In this document: positions 1-11,028 of the stretch, in pieces
Layout of the letters: the number at the start of each line of letters is the position of its first letter
Numbering within the stretch: the stretch's first letter is position 1
NCBI GenBank assembly: GCA_028534125.1
Contig: CM052832.1
Coordinates: 8,682,001 to 8,746,000 of the forward strand
Length of the DNA stretch: 64,000 bases
Reading direction: 5' to 3'
Origin: Lama glama
Taxonomy: Eukaryota
Made by a program: the position numbers and the translations under genes
The notes under the pieces: generated by a model
Databases searched by the model: none
Told to the model about the DNA's origin: nothing
What the model saw: only the letters and a program-made list of their open reading frames with translations

Positions 1-1040
1 GATGATCCAGGACTAGTTGGCTGTCTCATCTGGAACCTACATCAAGAAATGCTGTCAGCATCTTACAGTAAATGTTCATGGAAGCTAAAAAATGTACCTC
101 CTTTCCTTTTTCCTTTCTCCTTAAGATATCAGACAAATCAATCATAACTTCTCTACATATCTGTAAAAAAGTATTTTCTGTTAATTATTATTATTTGCCA
201 ATTTATATTCTCCTATGTCATTAAAATCAGATGTCTATCTGGCTCACCACAGTGTGCTTTGATTGTATTTTGGTTTTGACTCTGCCATTTCTGGAATGTG
301 GGGGAGGAGGGAGACAGAGCTGACTTCTCCAATTGCTGTGTTGTATTCCCACCCAATTTCTTGGGCAGCTGATAGATCTCTGGGAGAAATACAAGAAAGC
401 CTGCTGAAATGGAAAACTACTGATGAAGGAAGGAATGTTCTCTTAGCCTTCCATTTGGATGGGCCTGCCTTAACATTGTTTGAAATGCAGCGTGAGTAGC
501 TCTTTTGTTTACTGTTTACTTACTTGTGGCATGTCAACTCCCACACTTCCCTCATTCTGTTGCCTTTGCTTGAGATGGTCCTGCTTATCCACAAATCTGT
601 TTGGAAATGGCCTCAGTAAATATGAAGAAAATCTAGCAGGCTCACTTTTGGAAGATGACAAATTGGTAAGGCTTATTGATGGTTCAGTGCCAGGAGAAGA
701 TACGCTTTTTGGATCACTTTTATTTTTGAAATTGCCTTTGTTCATTGTATCGTGATCCGCTGACACTTCGTGTTAAGTTGTTTAGCAGCCATTTCTGTTC
801 TGAGGAGGTAGAAGATCTGAAACTTGTTTTGGGATTGGACTCGTTCTCTGTTCCACACCCATATGTATTCCTTCCTCTACCTCTCCCTTTCTCAAGTTAT
901 TTCCACCATAGTGTGATGTTTTGGGTTGTATATTTTGTTCAAAAGATTAAAGAATTTATGAGTTGGCTTGGACAAGTTTAACTTTATTTTTAATGTGTAA
1001 TTACTTGGAATAAATGCATCAATCTCATGTTTCTTTCTGG
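1..1040 (+). other. ZNF318: Probable 3'UTR of ZNF318, with poly(A) signal AATAAA at 1009-1014
   Basis: AT-rich, no credible ORF. AATAAA is followed by a U/GU-rich tract. Identity inferred only from conserved synteny (ZNF318 lies next to CRIP3 on the same strand). Confidence 0.45.
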
Positions 1041-4000
1041 ATTTTTGTTTTAAAACCACATATATTTGAACTCCACAGGATAACTAGAACAGTGTACTTC
1101 TGCTGCCATATTGTCTATCCTACACTCCCAGCCCTTTCCCCAGTTGTTACTGCTACTTCCTTCATGCCAGATTGTTAGGTTTATAGTCAGCCCCAGTGCT
1201 GCCTGGATGGATAGTGAATAGGTGACAGTGGTCTAGTTTTGTCATCTGCCTATTGCGAAGCTTGGTATATACCCTTACGTTGGCTCTCCCTGTGCTTCTC
1301 TGGAACTAAACTCCCCAAGAACGCTTGTGTTCCTGCTGAGGGTGCTCTTGGGGATCAGGGAGTATGGGCCTTAGATTTTCTAATTTCTATCCCAGTTTCC
1401 TCTCGATATCCATGTTGTCAGCAATTTGTCACCTGACTCAACAGAGGCTTCAGAGTCTTATTTTTCCACTCACTCTTCAAAAATCAAAGTTGCTCTTTTT
1501 TCCTAAGAATTCTTTTTTCCTTTTCCTTGTGTGCAGGACAGCAGAATCCCTGTGTTGAGTTTGAAGAGGTTATTTTTCTAGAGCCTTGATTTAATTTAGA
1601 AATTTAGAAGTTGTCCTGCCCTCTCTTTATCTTGTGGAACAGGCACAGATTTGGAAGAGTTAGGTCCCTTGATGTTCCTTCACCATTTGCCATGCTGTGA
1701 TTTTAGACAAGTTGCTTTGCCTCACTGTACCACAGGAATTTTTTTTCTTTAAGATGGAGGATCATTATCTCCATCTCACACCAAATGTGTACTGGGTCAG
1801 GCCATCCTGAATAGTCTTCCTAGGTCTGCTTTTAAGACTGAAGCCTGAGTTCAATGCATTTTTCCTGGCTGGAAACCATCAATTGACTCAGGAGGTGCCC
1901 TTTAGCAGAATGTAAACCCAGGTGAGCTTCAGAGATATATTTGTTTTTCCAGAGAACTAATCCCTCGCCATTGTTGGAGCCTAGCTACAGGAATTGAGAG
2001 AACATAAGAGTTTAAGATGCTAGTTGTCACTGTTTTTCAGGCCTGTTTTCTAAGTTCCAGCTCCCTTTGGGGAGAGATGGGTGGGTTTAGGGTAAATGTG
2101 GAGAAGGGTTAATACTATCCAGATCCCACTCCTAACCTCACTCCATCTCAGAGGGAGTTAGAATCTTACTCTTAGGGTTAGGAAGGGGCCACTTGAGAAG
2201 GATGGGGAAGGGAAAAGAGGTAAAATCTAAGAAGGGCAGAACTAATTCAAGTAGCTGGAACTGGAGTACTTTGAGCAACTCCTTTTGTATTCTTTTGATA
2301 ACCCCAGGCTTTGTACCAAAGGCACCTACCAATCTTAGACTTTTTCTAGAATAATGCCTACTTCTGAGAGTTGAAGCAATGGCATTCTTCACATGTGCCT
2401 TGAAGCAGAAGCAGGAGAGCTTTTAAGATTCTGTAGTTTGGACAGGAAGTGTTGCTTACTTCCTCTGATCAGTGGCCCATCCAGTGAAGCCATGTGAAAG
2501 GAAGGGTAGAACTCTAATCCAGTCACTCTTGCCTAGAGGTAGGGTCTATTTCTTTTTATTCAGTACTGTTACAGTACTGAATAAATCTTCATCTTAGGAG
2601 ACAAAGGCACATGCAAGGAGTGGGCCCTAATCTTTACCTTTGGCTTATGGTATCATGTAACTATATTTCTGTAAACATCAGAAACAATTTTAATTGGACT
2701 CCCTCAATTGTGAGAACAAATGATCAGCATTTAGGTTTAAATTTGGGCAAGCACCATATTTTACCTATGTTGTATAAATAACCCCCTAAAAATTCCTTGG
2801 CTTTGTGAATGGAAACCTCTTGCTTTATAAACCTCTTTCTTCATAGCTAGCTTCAGGGCACATAATACTCTTAATAACCTTTCTGCTGAGTAAACCCATT
2901 TTACCTCATGCCACTCCGTCTCTCTAAAAGAATCAAGAAGTCAGAAGTTAGCTAATGTTTTGGTTGCAAAGCATGCCAGAATACATGTCCATTTATCAGA
3001 CTGCCTGGTTCAGAGACTGAGGAAGAAAGGGGGAGGTGGGGCTGTGTGGTTTGCACATACAGAATACAGGTATCCAACAGTCACATTGTGTGTTATTTAA
3101 AAAAAAAAAAAGGTGAAGGTGGGTTTAGAGAGGAGACCGCCTATAAAGGAACTAAGTGAGGTGGAGTTTTTAAAAACTACATATTCCTAAACTCTTGTTC
3201 TTGCCTTCATAAAGCTTATATACCAAGCCCAGGATGGGAACCTAAGCAAGGTCTTCATTCATTAACAATTCTGTAAGAACACAGACAAATGAAAATAGTG
3301 TGGGATTGTGAGCACACTTCTTTATTGGGAATTTAATTTTACAATAATGTTTGTGTAATTTTTAACAAAAAATTATATACACAATAGCAGTATTCATTGA
3401 TAAGCTAAGCAGCTGAACTTACAATGAAAATTTTCTATCCTTAAAAAAAAAATCATCCTGATTTGCCCTCAACCCTTACATACTTTCAAAGGACCATGTA
3501 TGCTTTCATTGTAGCACCTAGTGTAGTTGTACTTCTACACTTACATTTCTTTAATAGATGCCTCCCTCCCACCCCCTGACCCCCAACTAGATTATAAACT
3601 CTCCAAAACATGAAGTCTTTCTTTGCTTCCTGTTTTTTCATCATTGTGGTCACAGTGCACAATTGCCTAGCACATTAAGAGTGCTCAATAAAAATTCATT
3701 AAAAGAATCAATATGATAATAGTAACTTTTTAATGAACCGATTATTAATACTTAGCAATTTATAGGTGTATAAAAGCTGTAAATTGCTGGTTGTATTTGC
3801 TGGGTGCTTAATACTCCAGAAGCCAGCTGTCCTCTTGCTTCTGTCCTGGATCTTTTGAAAAAAGACACTGTCGATAGCAGTGAGTGCATATCAAGGCTGC
3901 CAGTGGCCCCTTCATTTCAGCAGCATTCTGGAATAGTGGTGTCAGGCAAGGAGGAAGACACACTGCCCTAGAAGCTCCTAGAAGAAAGACAGGATAGGAA

Positions 4001-5142
4001 GAGGGTACACTGACCTTAGAGTTAGCAGCTAAAGGTATTGGAAACTGATTTTCAGATGGCTCACTTTTTCCATCCAGTCAGATTTTGTAGGCTGTTGAAG
4101 TCAGTCATTTAAACCCCAAATCACTCTGATTTAGCTGAAGGAGTAATTCAACCCTTTATGGCCCAGCAGCCTCTTGTCATCTCATCAAAACTCTAAATCA
4201 TGTCAATTTTATTTCTGAAAGGAAACAAAAAAATTTGCCTTTGGAAGAAGTGATGCTTTCACTTTTTATTTTGTATCTTGTTTGTTTCAACATTCTGGTC
4301 AGGAAAGTACATTTTATATGAGATATTTTATATACATATAAAATATGTACACCATATAGGGAAGTATGTAATTTTTATATCAGTATGGGTTATCTGGTAC
4401 TGTGGAATTATAGACCATATTTTCCCCTTCTGTATACTTTTACATATAAAAATTAGTGTCTAATAAACAAATTGTGTCTCTCCCACTCAGTGCATCCCTG
4501 TCTTCAGTCTTCTAATCAGTTTTCCATCATTACAAATAGGTCCTGCTGCTTTTCCTTCAAGATTCCCTAAATTCCTCTACTCCCATCAAAGTTGAGCAAC
4601 ATACATTCTTCAAGAATGCATTCTTCTCTTCCTCTCTTTCTCTTCCCTTTCTCTTAGCCCTACCTCTACTGGGCTGGTTGTACATTTCCATTCTTGGTGT
4701 ACAAGCAATTGGACATTAAATTACATAAATCAAGATACTATCTCTACAAAGCTTACTTTAAAGTAGGTACACAAAAGATATCACAAAGTCTTGTATACAA
4801 AAGGACAGAAGATAATTCCTATCTAGATGTATTGATTGTTTTACAAGCTTTTGTTCCTTCCACTCTTGGAGGATTAGGCAAGAATGGAGTTTTATAGAGA
4901 ACAAGGGAAATGGGCATGTTTGAGGGAAATGAATGAGTAGGGTGAAAATAGAGATGGTTGCATAATGGTAGAGGAAGATAGCAAAAAGATAAAAATCATA
5001 TTGAGCTATTAGTTTCCTTCATTTTCTCTCTGATACTCTGCCCCTGCTAAAGTTCTACCCAGCCATCCCATAACCTACCTACGTAAGGATGATTATGGTT
5101 ACATTTACTGACTCTTACCCACCTACCTTCCTTTCTTTTCAG

Positions 5143-5256
5143 GAACAGTTGCAGAAGTCTTCAAATTTCCAGAAGGAAGAACTGCAGAAGAGATTTCTGC
5201 CCCAGGGAGGCAGGGATAGAAGCCACAGAAATGATGAGCGTCCTTGGGGCCAGTAG
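5143..5256 (+). CDS. ZNF318: Candidate alternative coding exon of ZNF318 (EQLQKSSNFQKEELQKRFLPQGGRDRSHRNDERPWGQ*)
   Basis: Branch-point-like TACTGAC at 5106-5112, pyrimidine tract, AG at 5141-5142, phase-0 frame of 37 codons to TAG. Possible donor AG/GTGGGT after 5286. Resembles my recollection of a short human ZNF318 isoform C-terminus. Confidence 0.5.
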   Translation, partial: EQLQKSSNFQKEELQKRFLPQGGRDRSHRNDERPWGQ

Positions 5257-6659
5257 GCAGTCACCTCTAGGGTCTGGTTCCAGAAGGTGGGTATGGCTAT
5301 TGGGGCAGGAATGGGTTGTAGAGATGGCCCTGTCATTTTAGCTGACAGGAAATGTTGAGTTGGATGAGTGAATATTGTTTTGTATGTATGTCTCTATCTT
5401 TGTACTAGTAGAGGAGGAACAAAATGAGAATAGGCACAGAAGGTATGTATTTTAAACTTGCCACTCTTGAGTATCTCAAATGATTTAACTTCCATCTCTC
5501 ATTTTGTGCCATGATACTTATATTAAAGCTATGGAATTCAGATCTTCTCATTCCTCCTGTGCCCAGTGTTCCCAGCAAGTAGAACATCTCCTATCTTGGT
5601 TTCAGCCTTCCTTACTGGTCCCTACGAGAATCATGGTAAAAATTGGGTGTGTCCTTAGGAGTTGGAGTATGAGTAGACAAAGGAGTCTCAAGGAAGAAGG
5701 GACAATCACTAAGCGTGTGTTTGAAAAATCCTGGGATTTCAGACCAAGACAATTGTCTAGCAGTTTCCACTCAGTCTTACTACCTCTTCTACACACATTG
5801 AGACATTTGGAACAAAGAAGCAGGCAAGCATCATTTAAAAATACCAAGGAAATCCCATCTTCTCTGTCCATGGAAAATGCCTGTCTTCTCTGTCCATCTG
5901 AAATGCCACTGGGTGTTTATTTTATTCCGTTTTGTGCTTTGGGACTGGACTCAAGAACACAGTGAGGATGATAACCAGAACCAAATAAAATTTAGCTGAC
6001 CTGTAAGTTCTTTAAACTCTGAGATTCATTTACGTCTGAGCTGCCCCAGCTCCAGATTTACCCTTAAAACTGTTAGCCTAGTTTTGTTTCTGATTTGTAA
6101 ATCCTGGCACTTTTAGAGTCCTGGGGGTCTACTGCCCAAATAAATTTATGGTTGGGGTAACTTTTGGGACTATTCATAACACTACAAATATAAAGAACTG
6201 CATAATGTACAACCAAAGTCATCAATAGAATACAAGGAAGAAGTAAGGGTATTCAGAAGTACCTCAGGGCCTCTTGCTACTGAGCTTATACCATTCATCA
6301 GGTATGACCTGTGGATGAAGCAATGGAAAACAGCCTAGTGCCAGGGCTGCCAACACTTTATCACTGTCACTTTCGCTCTCTTGCACCAGCGCAAGATCTG
6401 TTTCTCATCAGCTACCACATTCATTGGCTCAGGGTCAGTCAAGATTGTTGGTCACAGCTTTAATATGACCTACCTACCAGCCCCTGATTTACTGCTGAGA
6501 CCTCCCTTCTTCAGTAGTTTCTGAAGTCCATCTCTGAGATGTGCTGATCTGGGGGAATGGGCAGAGGGAAGGAGGCATTTTTTAGAATAATGTTGTTCCC
6601 TTTGGACTTTTAAAATTTGATATGCTAGAGTTGACATGTGTTATGAATGGTGAAATATT

Positions 6660-9600
6660 TAAAACCTTTTTAATTGAAATACAATTCATATAACATTAAA
6701 TTTCACATACCATAAGATTGATCATTTTAAAGTTGACAATCCAGTGGGTTTTAGTATCTTCAGGGTTGTGCAACCATCATCATTACCTAATTTCAGAACA
6801 TTTCCATCACCCTCCTTAAAAAACACATACAATTAGTAGACACTCCCAATTATCCCTTACCCCAAAGCCAGCAGCAGTCACCAATCTGCTTTCTGTCTTT
6901 GAATTTATCTATTCTGGAAAATTCATGTAAATGGAGTCACACAATATGTGATCTTTTGTGTCCAGCTTCTTTTACTTAACGTTTTTAAGGTTCATCCTTG
7001 TAGCATGTATCAATATTTCATCACTTTTTATGCTGAATAATATTCCAGTGTATGTGTATTCCACAATTTGTTTATCCATTCATTCATTGATAGACATTTG
7101 GATTGTTTCCACCTTTTGGCTATTGTTAATAGTACTGCTCTGAACATTTATGCATAAGTATTTGAGTACTTGCTTTCACTCTTTTTCAAATATACCTAGA
7201 AGTAGAATTGCTGGGTCATGTGGTTATTCTATGTTTAGATTTTAAGGAACCACCAGACTGTTTTCCACAGCATGCACCTGAATCCAGTTTTCCTCCTGTT
7301 ACTGGTTTTTATCTTTATTCCAGTGTGGCTGGGGAATATACTTTGTATGATTTTAGTCTTTTTAAATGTACTGAGACTGTTTACGTTGCTTTGCGGCCTA
7401 ATGTGTCTATTTATCCTGGAGACTGTTCTATGTGCACTTGTGAAGATTGTGGATTCTGCTGCTTTTGGATGAAGTATTCTATGTATATATGGTAGATATA
7501 GTTAATTTAGTGTTGTTCAGTTTCTCTATTTCCTTTTTGAACTTCTGTCAAAATGTTCTATTCATTATTGGAATATTGGAATCTCCAACTATTACTGTAG
7601 GACTGTCTATTTCTCCCTTCAATTATGTCAACATTTGCTTCATATATTTTGGGATTCTGTTTAGTACATATGCATTTATAGTTGCTAAATCATCTTAATG
7701 AGCTGACCCTTTTATCAACATGTAATGACCTTCTTTGCCCCTTGTAGCAATTTATTTAAAATCTATTTTGTGTGATTTTAGCATAGCCACCTCAGCTCTC
7801 TTTTGGTTACTATTTGCATGAAATGTCTTTTTCCATCCTTTCACTTCAACTTACGTGTGTCTTGAGATCTAAAGTGAGTCTCTTGTAGATAGCATATAGT
7901 TGGATCATGTTTTTTTTTTTAAATGCATTCTGCCAGTTTCTGTCTCTTAATTGTAACCTATTTACATTAAAAGTGATTACTGGTAAAGAACTTCTGGTAT
8001 TTTGCTATTTGTTTTCTTATATCTTAAATCTTATGTCATATCTTTTTTGTTTCTCATTTTTCCAATACTGTATTCTTTTGTTTGATTGATTTGTTTCCAG
8101 TGTATAATTTTGATTCTCTCTTTATTTCCTTTTCTATGTATATTTTAGTTATTTCCTCAATGATTACTGTGAGGATTATAATTAACATCTTAAATTTATG
8201 ACAGTCTAGTTTGTATTGATACCAGCTTAGTTTCAATATGTACAAAATAGTGCTCCTGTATAGCTCCATGTTTCTCCTTCTGTTGTTTTTGTCACAAATT
8301 ACATCTTTATGTATTGTGTGCTGATTAACATAGTTTTATAATTGTTGTTTTATGCATTTGTCTTTTAAATCATATAGGAAATAAAAAAGAAGAGTTACAA
8401 ACCAATATACAAAAATACTTGCTTTTATATTTACCTATGTTACCTTTACCAGATTTCTTTCTCTCTCTGGCTTTGAGTTATTGTCTAATGTCCTTTTGCT
8501 TTAGCCTAAAGACTTCCCTTCAGCATTTCATCTAGGGCAGCTCTACTAGTGATAAACTCCCTCAGCTTTTGTTTCTCTTGGAAGGCCTTAATTTCCTTTT
8601 GTTTTGAAGGATAATTTTGTTGGACATAGAATTCTTGATTTAGAGTTTTCCTTTTAGCATTTTATGCCACCCCACTGTCTTCTGACCTCCACGGCTTTTG
8701 ATGGGAAATTAGCTGTTAATCTTATTGAAGATCCCTTGTCCATGATGAGTCACTTCACTTGTGCTGCTTTCAAAGGTCTCTTTTTGTCTTTGTCTTTTGA
8801 CACTGATTATAACATGTCATGGTATGGATCTCTTTTGAGTTTGGCCTGTTTAGAGTTTGTTGTACTTCTTGGATGTGTAGATTCATGTATTTCATTGAAT
8901 TTGGAGAATTTTCAACCATTATTTCTTCAAATATTCTTTCTGCCTCTTTCTCTCTCTCTTTCTGGGACTCCCATAATGCATATGTTGGTCTGTTTGATGG
9001 TGTCCTATGGATCTCTTAAGCTCTGTTCATTTTTCCTCCTTTTTTTTTCCTTTCTGCTACTAAGACCAAATAATTTCAGTAGTCCTCTCTTCAACTTCAG
9101 TCATTTTTTTTCTTCTGCCAGCTTGAATTTATAGCTTTTGAACCCCTGTAGTGAGTTTTTCATTTCAGTCACTACTTTTCAGCTCTAGAATTTTTATTTG
9201 GTTCTTTTTTATAATTTATATCTCTTTATTGATATTTTTTATTTGTTCATTCTCCTGGGTTTTTTTTTAATTATTTGTCCATTGTTTTCTTTAGCTCTTT
9301 AAGTATATCTAAGACATATCTAAGTTGATTTAAAATATTTATCTAGTAAGTCCAGTGTCTGGGCTTCTTTGGTGATGGTTTCTATAAACTTTTTTTTTCC
9401 CCTACAAATGAACCATATTTTTTTTCTTCTTTTTCTACCTTGTGATTTTTTGTTGTTTGAAACTGGACATTTTAAATATTATGTGTCAATCTGGAATCAG
9501 ATCCCCTTCCCAGGGTTTGCTATTGTTGATTATTGAAGTCTGTAGCCATCATTTGTTTATTGACTTTCCAGACTGTTCTTGCTAAGACTGTATTTCTTGT

Positions 9601-10800
9601 GTGTGGTCCTTGAATCTTTGTTCCATTATCTCAGCAGTCAGTCAGTGACTTGACAGAGATTCCCTTAAATGCCTGGAGTGAAAAACAAAACAAACAAACA
9701 AACAAAAATCCAACAACACCTCTTCTAGTCTTTGCAGACACTGAGCTGGGGCACTACTTCATGCTAAGCCAGTTTTCCTAAAACTCTTTCTTAGCCTTCA
9801 CTTCCTGGCTGCATGAAACCCAAAGATCAGCCAAAGGTGCAAGCCTAGGGCCCTCCCAGGCCTTTTCTGAACTTGCATCTGTCCCTAGGCATGCACTTTG
9901 CATGCTGGATTTCCCCATAGACATGGTAGCCCTTCAAAGTCCTCATTTTCCCATTTATCTTCTTCCTCAGTGTCCCCCTTTCCAGACTTTTAGATCTGTC
10001 TGCTGCTTATTCCATTCACTGTTTCTTTCTCTAGGCAGTGACTAATAGTGTATGTCCTTAAGTGCTTTCAGTGGATGCTACTTTCAAAGCTGCTTCAGTT
10101 TGAGGAGGGCAAAACAGGCTCAGCCTCAGTACAAGTCCCTCAGGGAAACACCAGACAGGGCAGAATTCACAGGCACGATCTTTTGAGAACAGGGTGGATA
10201 TTGCTCTCCTCTGGCACCAGCAAGCTGCAACAGGAATGTAGGCTTCTGTCCCCACAGCCACCTCCAAGCTGGGGAATGGGTAGATAGGTAAGCAAAAATA
10301 CTACAATAATTTGTTGCTGAAATTTAGCGGCTGCTTTTTTCATTAAGCACACCACTGGTTGGACTCCATTGTAAGTTTTTTATTAGATTCCAGAGTTCTG
10401 AAAAAGTTGATTCTATCAGTTTTGCCAGCTTAGTGATAGCTTCAGTGGAGGGAGTGATTCTTAGAGCTCTCTGCTCTGCCATTTTTGTGACATCACAATG
10501 TGTTACTTTTTGAGGAAGTGTCGAACTGTTTTCCACAGCAGCTGTACCACTCTACATTCCTACCAGAATTGTGTTTCATTTTCTTCACATCCTTTCCAAC
10601 ACTTGTTATTTTCTGTTTTTCTTTTTTTATTATAGCCACCCTAGTGAATATGAAGTGGTATCTCCTTATAGTTTTGATTTGCATTACTTTAATGACTAAA
10701 GATGTTGAGCATCTCTTCATATGCTTATTGGCCATTTGTATATCTTCTTTGGAGAACTGTCCAAATCCTTTGCCATTTTTAATTGGATTACTTGTCTAAG
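6660..10800 (-). mobile_element. Decayed LINE-1 fragments (3' region, ORF2 endonuclease region, ORF1, 5'UTR, plus a further 3'-region piece)
   Basis: Typical antisense L1 sequence, T-rich on +. ORF 10493..10735 translates as L1 ORF2 C-terminal-like ([15 protein letters not shown]...RYHF). Confidence 0.85.
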
Positions 10801-10909
10801 ATCCATTTCTTACATATTATTTTCTAGTCTTTTTCTTATAAGGTTATCCTGAAAAATCATGTATTAAGAAAATGTGTGTATAAAGCTATCTGCTTTGTCA
10901 GAACTTTAT

Positions 10910-11028
10910 ACAACATGATGTAATTCTTTTTTTAACTTTTTTATTGATTTATAATCATTTTACAATGTTGTGTCAAATTCCAGTGTTCAGCATAATTTTT
11001 CAGTCATTCACAACATGATGTAATTCTT
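10910..11028 (-). mobile_element. Very short 5'-truncated young L1 3' end with perfect 19-bp target-site duplication
   Basis: ACAACATGATGTAATTCTT at 10910-10928 and 11010-11028 flanks a T-tail plus ~80 bp of L1 3'-end-like sequence. Confidence 0.8.

Noticed and set aside
263..1558. Short ORFs at the window start as ZNF318 coding sequence
   Set aside because: No recognisable protein, no consistent frame, UTR-like composition.
6958..10799. Several hydrophobic plus-strand ORFs
   Set aside because: Antisense reading of T-rich decayed L1 sequence.
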